From Tubiluchus corallicola (taxonomy: Eukaryota; Animalia; Priapulida): a stretch of DNA of 64,000 bases. The stretch covers positions 186,001-250,000 of the forward strand of contig JAQGDQ010000334.1 of assembly GCA_030141605.1 (NCBI GenBank). The letters run 5' to 3'. The first letter of the stretch is position 1, and every line of letters starts with the position of its first letter. The translations under genes and the position numbers were made by a program. This document shows positions 1 to 13,520 of the stretch, in pieces. A model generated the notes under the pieces. The model made no database searches. It saw nothing but the letters and a program-made list of their open reading frames with translations, and was not told where the DNA came from.

Positions 1-917
1 AAATGCAGCAAACGTTATAGTCCTAAAGGAGTTAAGGCTGCTACAAAGTAGTATCGTCAGGTGTGATTATATAGCCTTAATCATTCTAATCTGCTTACAG
101 GCAAGAACAAGAGACGAACAAAACGTGTTAATATTGTTGGCACAACATGTGACATTTTCGAAAAGAATTGCCCAAGAGACTGTAAAGAAATCTCTCTTAA
201 CTACATTTAGAACAACTTATTGATTAGCTTTGTTATTATGCATATTAAGCAAACTTTGTTAATTATGATCTTCTGTCCAACAGGTTTTTCCATATTAGTA
301 ATTATACGCCAATGAAGAGAAATGTAATTAAATGGCAGCCTAGTTTCTAAAGCTCACCACAGTAAACAAAATTAGTTCGCAAATCATATGTTTTAATTAC
401 ACAGTTACACTTGTACAAAGACTACTTGGAAAGCACTAGCTCATTCTTTCTGCTAACAGCCGTCGCGGTTTTTAATAAAGAAATTTTTTATTGTCGTTCA
501 TGTAACTGGATTGCAATGCTGTATTCAGTTGTTGTGGTATAACTATTTTTTTAGTTTGATTTGCATATATTTGTTCTATATAAGATGTTTTTTTGGTCTG
601 TTAATTTATCAAGCAGCAACAATATCTTTTCTTTACATCGATTATTTCTCGAGGAAGTGAAACGCATCTTGTCAAATCAATTGCACGAAATTCTATGCAG
701 AAATATGAGAACTAAAATGTTATGACGAAATGCTATTACGCCGGTTTAAAATGACCAACAGAATTTTACTGTCTGTAGTGAGAGAAGACTATAGGAAAAA
801 TATAGAGAAGACTATTTTATGTCACAATGAAACAACTTCTAGCAGACTTGGGACTTAAGAAATTCTGTGACGCCTTAAGCGGTTTGCTTTAAGTACGTAT
901 ATAAATATATAATCATT

Positions 918-1287
918 CAAAAAAGTTCCCCAAAATAAACTCGCTGCCTTTTTTTCTAGTAGAGACAGTTGTAAAGAAACCGTCATGTAGCCCTGTTCCT
1001 TCTCTTCCAAAGAGCTGTAAATTTCCATTCAAGACCTCACCAAGCGCCGCTAGGACGTTTTTCCTACACAGTTTTCCTCTAGGAATGGCGAGTAAAAAAT
1101 ATCCAAAATTAGCCACTTTTTGCACATTGCGTGAAGGCCATATAAAAAACGTCCTGACGGCGCTTGGTGGGGTCTTGAAAGGAAATTTATAGCTCTTTGG
1201 AAAGAGAAGAACCCTGACTGAGCCTCTCTTACACACTGCCAGGAATCCAGGATAGAGGTTTACGAGTTAATTTGAGGGAACATTTTT
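918..1287. mobile_element. Foldback/MITE-like element with long imperfect inverted repeats
   Basis: Arm ~997-1062 (ttctcttccaaagagctgtaaatttccattcaagacctcaccaagcgccgctaggacgttttt) is the reverse complement of ~1144-1210. The outer aaaagttccccaaaataaactcg and cgagttaatttgagggaacattttt also pair. Flanks are TA-rich. Confidence 0.65.
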
Positions 1288-1308
1288 ACTGTTATAGTCT
1301 ATATATAG

Positions 1309-1670
1309 TGTAGCGGGTCGCAGAATCAAACCGTCACGGGCTTTGTGAAAATGTAGTGTATTGAATGTAAAATTGCCTGGGCCAATCAGAGCTCAATTTT
1401 TAGGCCACTTTTCTCGAGCGTATAACCTGTTCTCGTACATTCGAGAGCAGTGTGTTCTCGGCCATGTTCGGCTTCGGTTTCATTTTGTTTTTCTCTTCTT
1501 GTTTGCTGTTATTAAGTCAGTCGTGATTCAGTAATTTTTGGTTTAACCCATTGGTTTGCATTTCTACTCAACGCGTAAGTGTCAGCTATAAACTGTTGTT
1601 AAGTGTTTCATTTTACTGTTTTTCTTTCTCTTCTTTTTATAATTTTAGTTAACTATGTATCCTCGCTATC
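1309..1670. mobile_element. Possible solo LTR
   Basis: Begins TGTAGCG and ends CGCTATC(A), an imperfect terminal inverted repeat. ATAG on both sides (1305-1308, 1671-1674) could be a 4-bp TSD. Internal CCAAT and TATAAA motifs. Confidence 0.35.
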
Positions 1671-2719
1671 ATAGACGGCATCACCATATATAGGCTATTA
1701 TCAGATTGGTTTATGCAGGAGAGCAGGTTGCTGTCGTCATCTTCATTAAAATTTCAGTTTTATTGAGTAGTCACTTATTACAAAGCCTTCATAAAATATT
1801 AATGCCCCCAACATCGAGGAAAAATTGCTAATAGCCGTGCTAAGTAGCCTTTCTCTGTAAGATCTTTGGTAAGAACTCTGAAACATCTATAAGATAAAAC
1901 AAAACGACATTTTTTGTGAAACCCGCGTGTAGTATAGATGAAACAAGTCTTATTCAGTTTTGCTATAGACATGTCCCACATATCGAGTAATTCTTGCTTC
2001 ACTGGACACTCAACTGAACATCGTTAATTAATTATTGAAGACACAATATTGAGACGTCTTTTGTTCTGGCGCGAAATGTGTTCCAAATGGATGAATCAAC
2101 ATGGCGTCTTGAGCGAAATTATTTATACCTAGGACTTGTATGGCGCTGATTGAATGACGTGGTAGTTGTCTTTGAGTAGTGTGGAACATATGTTGATAAT
2201 CATGCTAATCAAAAGTATATCATAAGCAAACCGAATCCTGGAAATTGGTATTCAGATATTGTCTATGAACCTTACATTACGTTTACAATGAAAGCCACTA
2301 CGAAAAAATAATAAAACAGGTTAATAATAAAATAATAAAACATAATAAAAATTCAATGACTGTTATTGATGTTTTTGTAACACTTGTCTGGTTTTAAAGT
2401 TCAGTCATTGCGATTATTTCAAAATGGCAAACCACTCTGAATGTCCAGCCTGTTCAGTGCATTGAATCCGGGTTATACGATGTTTATTTACTGATTATAA
2501 GCTGATCAACATTTCCGGCGAAAGGATGCTACGTAACGAAGCCATCACAAATACCCGGATGTATGTATGCTTCAAATAATTTCTGCGCTGAGTTTTGTGA
2601 ACCTGCTAAATAAAAAGTTTAACGGGCGGGGGACGTCAGTATATGTACTTGGATTTATCGCGCTAGATTGAAAAACTATTCCGATGTAGTGCTACCATTA
2701 CACTTGTGATAATTCTTAC

Positions 2720-2872
2720 CTGAAAGCGCGATGGCAACCTTTTCAAGGCCACCAACGGGTTCCAAGGCTGCCAGTGCTTTTTCTCCAAACAGTTTTCCCA
2801 GGAATTCGATACCATTTTGCTGTATAAGATGTTTGAGAAACGCCACAATTTCATCTACTGGGGGTCGTACAG
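2720..2872 (-). CDS. Prohormone-4 (IDLSRF-like) precursor, exon after the LDLa module: (A)VRPPVDEIVAFLKHLIQQNGIEFLGKLFGEKALAALEPVGGLEKVAIALS; gene probably continues left of the window
   Basis: ttttcag| acceptor and |gtaaga donor, 153 nt, phase 1-1. The translation closely resembles the conserved prohormone-4 segment (RPPVEET..FL..L...HG..YLEKLFG..A...L..LGG..KVAIALS). This frame is not in the ORF track. Confidence 0.93.
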
Positions 2873-3239
2873 CTGAAAAGATACACGCAGTTGCATATTA
2901 TCACTATTGACGCCAGCATATAGCAAAAACAAATCACCTACATTGTTAAGAGAAAAGACAGTAAAAGTCGTAAATTTAATCGTAGTAATCAAGCTTCCAA
3001 TCCAAAATCTTGTGTGAAACACATGTACGTTTTACATTTGTGAGTAGTATGGCTCACGCGAGAGAACAATATGTTTCATCCTCTTAAGTTCTTAACAACA
3101 CCCAAAATTAAAAAGTTTACGTTTAAAATGCAAAATTTTCATTGATTCGCATATGCAATTCAAACGTTAAATTGAAAGCTAATTATTCATTGATTCCAAT
3201 AATTTTTTGCACTTTTGAAAGTTCATTTTAATGGGACGT

Positions 3240-4030
3240 CTGCGTTCTCAAAATTTTGTGGCCTTAGTGTTTGCAAGTGAAAAGCAAAATCTGTCATACT
3301 GTGAAACAACTGTACTCCCATATTCAGTTACGTATTGTGTTAAAATCCGGCTATAGTTTAGGCTCTTTCTTTCTATTTAAAGGCAAAATACCCACATTCT
3401 CACAGTCTGGTATTATTTATAGATTTCAGTGCAGCAGCTGCAATGCTGCTTACCATGGCAAATATCCAGATATTTTGAAGTAAAAAATTGTGAAAATTTG
3501 GGTATTTCGTCTAGAACTGGCAAAAAGTGAAAAAATCCTCAATCCAGCGTTAATGACCATATTTGTGCCTCTGACCACTGAGCTGATTTTAATAATTTCA
3601 GTACTGTGACCAGAGCTGCAAATAACTGGGACTTATTAATAAAAGAAAGTTTATCTATGCACCCTAATACCCTTAATGTACAAACAGTTCAATTCCTTTA
3701 GTTTTATTTTCAAACCTTAGCTATTTGTTACTGTATCAATTTCTTTTCTTCAGGCCTGCTTAATCATTACTTATTTGGCTTTTGTAAATACATAATTAGT
3801 GCACAGTTACTGTATCAATTTCTTTACTGGTTTGCTTATTTATTACCTGTTTGGCTTCTGTTAACTACTTTATTAGTGCATAATAGGCTTTGCCTATATA
3901 AACTGGTTGTATGTTTGTAAATTTACCACTGATGATGACAGCAGTAGTCTGTTGAAACGGTTGGCATGATTTTAACCATGTAAAATAAAAGTTTTAATAA
4001 AGTTGCGGTGTTTTAACTATAAATTTGGTT
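3240..4030 (+). mobile_element. Penelope-like element 3' fragment (degenerate GIY-YIG endonuclease plus pLTR with hammerhead-like motif)
   Basis: Translation SGIIYRFQCSSCNAAYHGK (GIY-YIG with CxxC), followed by stops and frameshifts. Tandem ~80-bp duplication at ~3727-3880. Motif cca-CTGATGA-t-gacag..ctgtt-GAAA at 3926-3964. Confidence 0.75.
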
Positions 4031-4777
4031 CTTTTTCTAAAATATAAACGTTTCTCAGTTCTTTAAAACCTTGAAATACTGAATGTTTAAAGTTTAAGAG
4101 CACAAACATTTCATTAAAAAGCCGTATGTCAAAAATAACGGTAACAACGAATGATTAGTTACTGACTTTCACTGGAATTTTTGAACGTTAGAATATATGA
4201 ATAGAAACTTTGCATTTTAAGCACAGAGCTTTGCGCCCCGAGCAGGAAGAGTGTTCTGTATCGTCATCGCTACTAAAACTTGGAGAGTAGGCACACATTC
4301 CATCTTTGACGATAATAATGCCAACAACAACAGCGGCAATAACAACACCAACGTAAATGATAGCGAGTGTCAATAATAAACAACTTCATAATCAAGCGTC
4401 TCTAAAAAGATGGCCTTTAATTATTAATTATCATATAAAGTATGGCCATTAAGTTTGTGTAATGTTCATCAAGGAATTAATCAGGAAGCTCTCCCAATAT
4501 TGCTTGGAACTTTCCCATTTTCCAAACATTAAAGCGCGTGTACAGAGTTACTGCAAGAACGTTTACTTTACGAAGGGAGGAGAATAATGCACTAATACGC
4601 ATTTGGCTTAATATAAAAAAAGAAAGACAGAAAACAGCTTGTGATAATGTACAAACTGGCCGAGTTCAGAAACGAACGACATTGTATAAGACTCCAAGTT
4701 AAAAAGAGCATTGGGAAGCGATGATTACTTCAATTTTTGCATGTGTGAAGATCAGGTAATGCATTACATGTTTCAGT

Positions 4778-4832
<55 letters not shown>
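4778..4832. repeat. (ATG)n microsatellite
   Basis: Pure trinucleotide run. Confidence 0.95.
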
Positions 4833-4833
<1 letters not shown>

Positions 4834-5639
4834 TTATGATTATGAATATCTGTTTACATGAATATCTGAATAACAGTATCGTTGTTTGTCTTTTGGCCAA
4901 GATCAAAGCCTAGTGTGCAGAAGTGAAGGTGGACAGGTGCACAAGGAATTTTTAATGACTTTGTATATAAACAGAAATTACGTAGAGGTGCTTTGTTTGG
5001 ATTTGAATGAAATGATCAGCATTTGTAGGCCATAATAAGCTGTACAAAGCGCACCTGCGCATTAATGCAGACATGTAATTCATTAACAGTAATTAAACGA
5101 GCAAATTGTTAAATGTGAGCTAAGTATTGCAATGAAACATTTTCTTCCCTAAAGAATAGATGTATAGTGAAATTCTCTGAAACAGCGAAATTTTTCATCA
5201 TAAACCCCGTTAATAACAGTTACTGATAAACTGGGAGAGGAGGTTTCAACAAAACCTGGTATTGAAACTTTCTCAAACGCTTTGGATGCGTCTAGAACAG
5301 CTACTTGAACAGAACTATATCTTTTTTAAAAAAAGTAACCTTTTCTTCAATTACATGTATGGTGCAATTACATCTTACTGATTAAGATCGGTAAATTGAT
5401 TAATCTTATTTGCACAAATTCAATTATTGTCTCCTCAGACAATATTAAATTCACAATACATAGTAGCACAAATAATTGACATATTCGTACTATTAAATTA
5501 AAAAAGCTGTGTTATCTAAAAATAACATATTTATATAGGACTGGCTGGTCGATGACACCTGTCGTTCGCCACCCTGTCTCTATTTTGTTAATATAATAAA
5601 TTACTATTTCATACACTTTGTAACCCATTGAGATAGACA

Positions 5640-6100
5640 AATAAAAATTTTGAATTGAATTGAATATCCAGACTCCTTTTTGAAGCTAAATTGAAGTGTC
5701 GCTTTCAACTTGGAGCAACAGAATAGATTCAAAGAACTTCGATAATACTGGTGACAACGTAATAGCGTTGTAATTGTTAAGATCTGTATGATTACCATTA
5801 TTATCCTTGACTGAAGTAAACCCTTTACCAAAATCGCCGGATGCAAAGTCATGTATCAACATATGATTAAACCACATTACTAAACAGTGCAGGTATTGAG
5901 AATGTATACATTCTAAATACCTAAAATGTATTTTTCTTACAGCATGTTAAAGCCAGCAGATTTTCCATTTTTCAATATGTGAATTATACTACATATGGTG
6001 TATATCATCAATAGAACATGTATAATCTCTCAGTGAGCCTTCATAATAACTGTTCCATTTATCCAGGAAGTTTTTAGAATTTGATTTAAGTAGTATTTCA
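5640..6100 (-). mobile_element. Degenerate non-LTR retrotransposon RT fragment
   Basis: NNYNAITLSPVLSKFFE (NYRPI-S/T-L motif) and QFSFKK (QFGF motif) in shifted frames. Confidence 0.65.
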
Positions 6101-7127
6101 CAGTGTGACTCAGTCATTGTTTTACATAGTACACATACATGCACGCCTGTCATGACCTCTATAGTGAGCTTAGTTCAGGCAACAACTAATTATTCTGTAA
6201 AAAAGCGAACTCGTTACAGTGCACTAATCCTCAAAACGTTACGACTTTGTGTAGAATGAAAAACACGTCTATCAGTCGTAACTAAATGTGCTCATTCTGC
6301 CAAGTAAAGGCTTCTTTGAATGCTGAAGAGTACATCACGTTTGAATATTAATTGAAAAATGTAACAAAACTGTATATAATTATAACATTTATATAAATAT
6401 AAATTTTTATTCTTGATGGGAAGCAGTGATTATTGATTGATTACTTATTGATTATGTTAAAAAGTGTTTTTAAAACTATGAATAATATACTTTGTAATGA
6501 TCATATCATTGAAAGTGAGGCCGGATCTATTTTAAATATTAATCATTATACTGTTCCTTTAAATAACTAAAATAACTAACAGGAGCGATTTTATAATATT
6601 TGGTTTATCACCAAGTGCTTGTTTATCTGCAGTGTCACTATATTTCAAAATTGAAAGTGTATGTGTATCTTGTTTTTGTTGTATTGTATGTACATCTGGC
6701 ACTAACAAATATGAAATAAATACAAAATAACATGTGTGAGATTAGACACAAATTGTGAATGTACTTAAAAGAGCAATATGTGTATAAGCCAGGCGTTCGC
6801 TAACACTGGTGTCGGAGCGTTTGTCTGAGCTAATACAAAAATCTATTGATGCTTATTCATTGCGGAAATGTGTAGGCCAACCTAGAAATGGCCTTGTAAA
6901 TGAATATAAGGTTAGCTGTAAAAAAATAATGTAAAAAAGCACTTAACACTGCTCAAAAAAATGTGAACGCATGGAGTAATAAAAATACGAGCACTGATTT
7001 GATGAGCCAAAATACATATAAATTTTAAAAATCTTGGAAGCCTAGGTTTAACAGAGCGCGAGCAACATCAGCTTTTTTACTTTTTAAGTTAAGATATAGT
7101 CCTGTTCATGTAGCATTTCTAGACGCA

Positions 7128-7387
<260 letters not shown>

Positions 7388-8807
7388 CGTCTTTATTCCA
7401 AAGAGCTTAACTGTTGCATTCAGCACTTTTTATATACAAAAGTGCCTTACAAGTTCTAACCAATTCACAAAAGTGCAAAAAACTAAAGATAAAGCAATTT
7501 ATCTATGCCGTTAGTTATAATATACTATGTAAAATTAATACTTACATTTTTGTCGTAATTATCAGACGAGCACCATACACTTAACATGTTCGAACTTATA
7601 TATGAACATTCGTTTATTTATTTATATATATCATTTGACATTAACGCAGCCACGGGCAAAACCATGCAGTCTCAGATCATATCAGTTCACGTTTATCTGA
7701 AAAGTTTTTTCTTTTTTTTTTGTATCTCCCTATTTCTATTTTAATATCGAAATTTTTATGATTTTTGCTCATAAGAACCTGCGAAAACTAAACTCCAATC
7801 CTCTCCAGTCTTAACCTAGGAAAAACATTGGAGCACTCTTCTGATGAATGTTACTTTTTACCATTAAATATATGATAGAATTCTTTTCATTTAAACCCCA
7901 GAATCAGCTAGATGTTGGCATCTTTTTATGGATCATTCAATACTTCTGTATTAAAAAGCAGTGTGTTTCTTTTATAATTTATATCATTTTTAATTCAAGG
8001 TTTCCACCTTCCAACCCTGTTTTTATATATCAATATATATAATATTGTGATAAATAATCAGTATGATGTGTAGTTATAATATGCTCCGACCTCGCTGCAC
8101 TCACTTGACCCCACCCTGACTACACCATATGAGGCACGATATGAGGGACCCAGTGGTACGATAATTTTAAGCAAAAATTGTAGTTGTAGGAGTATATGTC
8201 TTTCACCCTTTCACCCCCTCCCCCCTTGAAAAAGTTGCAGCGGACGCCCTTGGCAGCCAGTGTTACTTAACCTACTATTTTAATTGATATAAAAATTCTC
8301 TTAAGAATGTTAAGGTAGTAATACTTTGAATAATTTGAACGCTATAGGCTCAAGTATACCTAACCTATTGTGTTGAAATGGCTATTTTTGAGCTAGTCTA
8401 ACGTGTCAGTTTGGTTAGCCCGAACGTTTTATATAGCGCGTTTTTTGTTTGTTTAGAAAACACACAAACCAGTGCTAGCTAGATGAAGCTAACTGTACAC
8501 ATTTATAGGCTCATCTCATGATTTTCTTAAATCGTAAATTCCGATACGTACAGAGCAGCTTAAGAAGACTACGGGTGCTTAATCCTTAGAGGAAATTGGA
8601 CAGCAGGTGTGCAGAAATTTTGTAAATTACTGTTCGTCATTAGTGAAATCCATTAGAGGTAGAACAGCCATCGTCTTGCTTACAGACGAACGTTTCTGAT
8701 GTTTCTTGGGTGATACTATTAACCAATTTAAATGATAAACGACCTTTTTGACTATAGTTAAGACTTATCAACTGTTTAATTTGTATAATAACATCTCAGA
8801 ACATACT

Positions 8808-8950
8808 AAAATAGTTAAATGGTATCACGGGTGAATATTTCGACTAGCTAACGGCAGCCCTTATGATGATGCTATTGAGAACTGCCGTTAGGTCGTCGAA
8901 ACAGTGAGTTTATTTGTTAATAAATCACCTTGTGAACTCTCTTAACTATT
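8808..8950. mobile_element. Short palindromic element with two degenerate hammerhead-like motifs (probable inverted Penelope pLTR remnant)
   Basis: tttcgactagctaacggcag pairs with ctgccgttaggtcgtcgaaa, and aaatagttaa..tcacgggtga pairs with tcaccttgtga..ttaactattt. Confidence 0.5.
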
Positions 8951-11684
8951 TCAGAGTCATCAAATGCAACGTACGGTGATAACAGTGTCTTTTTGAAAAT
9001 TTAGAGTTATTGATAACGAGCTGATAGATTGCAACGTGATCGACAATTATTGTTACTACTTAAAATTGCTGTGCAGTATCATCATCTGCCAGCACAGCAG
9101 CAAGCAGAATTAAAATTCTGAACTTCAAAATAGCCATTTCGTTTTTGCCTCGAATAGTTTTTGCTTAAAGTTTTCAATTAGTGCCGAGACAAATTACATC
9201 ACTTGATTCGTCTCTTCCGATAATACACGTTTCTCATTAGCAGTTTCTGCATGATCACGTAGAGAAGAAGGTAAATAATCATGTGAGAAACGACGCAACT
9301 GTTCATTGATAAGTAAATCTACGTCATTTATTGTCGAAGACACGGCCGTCTACAGCTTGATTTGTATGATTAATCGCTTCTGTCGTGCTATCTGACCTTG
9401 CTGGTCAACCTCCATTACGAGAATCAGCGTTCTGGCTTAAATGCATTTAATTATAGAACTATGACTGCAACTGAAACAAGTTTGCTTTGGATGCACAGTA
9501 ACAAACGAGCTGCTGTGTGAAATTCACGACACAGAATCTTAAGACGGCATTCCCACATTACAAGAAAAGTTTTTATGTTAGTTCCACACTTTTGGCCTAG
9601 GTTGTAGTTGTCAGCGTTTCTATAAACTATATTCACCTTAATCATGCAAAGTAGGCTTACCGCTTTCTAGCGTACGTATCCATGTGTACGTAGATAATGT
9701 ATCTAAAATGCATACTTGTGCTTTTTTGTACGTCTGCACAGACATATACATATCTATGCATGTACATATGTTTCTGAGTATATTCAGAAATATGTAGGTA
9801 AATATGTTTTAGGGATGTTTAACTTGAAAAAATTACGATTAGGCGCCTAATACGGTTAAGCTCTATCTTTTTGCACAAAATTTGTCTATACTGTATTGTG
9901 TGTAAGAGAGTTCTTGCCTTTACGTTCCGAAATTTATTTTCGAAATCTGTCATGTTTGTCAGTTTAAATTTCAAAGTCCCCGAGAGACGGAATGTCCTGT
10001 GTGAATAAAAATTCGTATTGCAAATACATTTGATTTTGACACACAAAATGTTTTCCTTTCTGGAGGCGTAGGAAGCTGGACTCCACGTGCGGTGGCCCTG
10101 CGTCATTACTTAACTAAATTACTGAAAATTACCTGGCTAGCGACTACTGAAGCCTTACATGTCTCGCTTGTTTCCAGGGCTTCTTCAGAGTTAACACGCA
10201 ATTATTCAATTAGAGTCCCAATGCAAGTGGGGGTATTAAAATTTATAAGGGAACGCATAGGAGACGAGAGTACTAAGTTTACTGTGGGGGGGGGGAGATA
10301 TAGTGAACAATCAAGTGTTGGACGTTTGAATGCCGGCGATGTTTGAAGAGATACAGGTGTTTAAAAGGCGTATAATGCAGGTAAAACAAAAAAGTTGAAA
10401 CTCAGTAAATGTATGGAACATGTTTGTTGCTAGCTTCAAAAACGATATAGACTAATTTTTCTGATCAACATTCATAGTGCAAATTTACCAAGCACATATA
10501 TGGTTTTAGAATAGTTGGTCGATCTTGGAAGCATCTTTCTGCAAACTATTTCTTTACCCATGTTGCTTATTTCGCTAAAAGTAAAAGAAGTTCATCGACT
10601 TTAAAACCTACCCATTATGATGCACAGTTTACCATTTGTTAATACATCTAAAACTATAGTGCGCCAGCTGTCTTACTAGTTTACTTCGTCGTCACTGTAA
10701 AGTCTAGACTGACAGGTCTGCCTATACTAGTATAACTAATTCATGGGGCTACGTTAAATACATGAAGCCAAGATTGTACAGAGGTAAGATACTACGAAAC
10801 AGTTCCATAACGCTGCTTAAAAAGGCTTAAATTTCCCAGTGGATGTCTAATGTCAACAGATAATATGCAGACAAAAACCTCTTCCACACTCGTGCTTGGA
10901 GATGAGAACTTGTGAAATGGGTTCAGTTTTTTCGTGAAGATGACATTTACATTTAGAGCGCCATGTTTTCCGTAAGAAATTACAATACAAGGTAAGTCGC
11001 AATATTAAAAACTGATTAAAACTTGTTATATATGAAGAACAACAAGAAGAAAGATGAAAACGACAACAACATCAACCGCCACGCGAAACAGACTTATTTA
11101 TAGAGTTACGACGCAAACGAGTAATCCAGTTTCCTTCAAGACAACAAGTTTATTTTTGTGTAACTTATGTGTATTATATACAATGTACAGTAACCGATAT
11201 CAATGAACATTGGAATCATTAAGTTCATGGGTTCTACTATTTAGTTAGCTGATACATTAATCTGCTAATCGTTATGAAGTGGAAATTATAATAACGGTCG
11301 GTCCATTTTCCTAATTCCTACTTATAGTATTGATTAGATCAGATTAATGAATGCGACGTAATTGCTACAAAAAGCAGAAAATGCGTGACAATAAGCAGTT
11401 AGTATACATTACCCTGATGACAGAACACTGACATTACTTTAGTGTCGGTTAACGTTTCGTAGAAGTGCTGATGTTGTCTGTTAAACGAGCGACGGTAAAT
11501 AAATCTTGTCTTTGTCTTTATCTTTTTTGACAAGTCTGGTACGTTATAATTATACAAAATTAATAAATAAGTTACGTTTAGAAATTCCTGATCTCGTGAA
11601 CAAATGTAACTTTCTAAAAATTATAATTAGCATTACTTCCAAAGGCTAATATAAGCTTGAAATACAGCAGAAATCACACAATAT

Positions 11685-12038
11685 TGTTCCGGGGTTCGAC
11701 CCGGTAGATAGCCCAACGGGCCGCCATCGGTGATGCGGGTAAGCGCTGCATAACGGACACTCCAGAAATTTTAAAAAAGAAACAACAAATCCAAAACTTA
11801 GAAATCCAAAGGGACGGCTGAGAAGAACAACACAAATAGAAAAAAAACAAAACCTGATGACAATGCTTCAAACCTTACGCAATCCAAGACACTCGGTAGG
11901 CAGACCGGAGAAGTGCATTCCACCACAAAAAGCAGACAACTGACCATGTCACGTGTTCGTGCTTTCAACAGGAAACCACTGCTCAACCAATCGCAGGTAC
12001 TGTTATGGGCTTCCTAGTTTAAAGTGGAGGTCATAACA
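11685..12038 (-). mobile_element. Possible LTR remnant
   Basis: GC-richer block bounded by TGTT...AACA with an internal CCAAT. No TSD found. Confidence 0.3.
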
Positions 12039-12854
12039 TTACCTGTAGGCTGGTTGACCTGGTGCCTATGAATAGAACTGTACAATGCACTTTCACCTGT
12101 TCAGCTCAACATTATGTGTAAAAGTACATTGGTACATTGTACATAGATAAGCTTTCTTTTGTGTTGGCGTACGTAGGTGCGTTCTTTTATATAACTATTT
12201 CAACAAATTCAAACTTCACTAACAGTGGTTAAATTAGTGAAATTAACCAGTGACCATCAGAGGTAGAAATATGGTTATGACTATTAGACTGAGTAGACTT
12301 AGTTTCTTCTCGCGCTTATAGCATTTCTAATAAGTTAATTGTGTCAGGACCTGAGTCTTGAGAAATACTGCTTTTGACGTTTAACTTGAAGATGATTTCT
12401 TAGTTTGTAGAACGATCAGCAATTTTTTGAAGAAAAAGCTAAACAAATTTGCTTTCAATACACGAATGTTATGTATCATCAAATTCCTTGTTCCAAAGTA
12501 CCCCAAATGTGAATCAGTAATACTAGTAGAAGCTCCCTGAGAATAATAATTAATTCTTCAGGCTATACAAACATAACAAACTACGTCTTAATAAACTTCT
12601 GATCAAGTAAATATTAACCTGTCGTTTTATTGCGTGTTTTAATAACAAAACTTCTTTCGTTCATAATTTTGAGATCAAACCACCTACAGAATTGTGCACT
12701 GACGGAATTCTCTTTATGATCTGCGCATTATTGTAGTCTTTTTTATTTGTTATGTAAATTTATAACATTAATGTAAATGCTCATCAATTTATAATCATAA
12801 TTCGTAGTATTAAAGAGAATGACGAGAGACAGAAAGCGAGATTTGAGACGAGAG

Positions 12855-13136
<282 letters not shown>

Positions 13137-13171
13137 ATAGTATTGTATTTCTGCAATAGTTTTGTGCTTAC

Positions 13172-13300
13172 CAGCTGTGCATACTTTGATGTCCTCGTCA
13201 TATCCATCAGGACAGTCAGGTGAACCATCACAGATGTATTGCAATGGTAAACAGACATCAGCAAAACCAGGACAACTAAATGGTTTGATGGGTGGACAAC
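13172..13300 (-). CDS. Prohormone-4 precursor, LDL-receptor class A exon: (G)CPPIKPFSCPGFADVCLPLQYICDGSPDCPDGYDEDIKVCTA
   Basis: tttcag| acceptor and |gtaagc donor, 129 nt, phase 1-1. Six Cys with the CDGxxDCxDGxDE LDLa signature, ending VCTA as in prohormone-4. Confidence 0.95.
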
Positions 13301-13440
13301 CTGAAATTCACAAAAACTAGATTATTGTGATCTCATTTTTTGAGATTTGAGGATGCAAAATATCTGGCTGTCTGTTATCATGGGCTGAAATTTAGAAATC
13401 AACTGTTGAATTTAGAAGGAGGAAGGCTCTGAAAATTATG

Positions 13441-13520
13441 AGTCAGCCAGGATTCGAACCCAGATTACTGTGGCATCAGTCTACATTGGGTAAACATCGT
13501 CTTACACAACAGCTGACTGA
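13441..13520 (-). mobile_element. tRNA-derived SINE head (degenerate)
   Basis: B-box GGTTCGAATCC; resembles the copy at 34458-34530 (agtcaRccaggattcgaacc). Confidence 0.5.

Noticed and set aside
1-2719. Final prohormone-4 exon (ESQT/ES..-type continuation)
   Set aside because: Not found by eye in this interval; presumed to lie left of the window
4188-4373. 61-aa ORF with a hydrophobic stretch
   Set aside because: The hydrophobic run comes from a degenerate (AAC)n tract; no recognisable family or clear splice context
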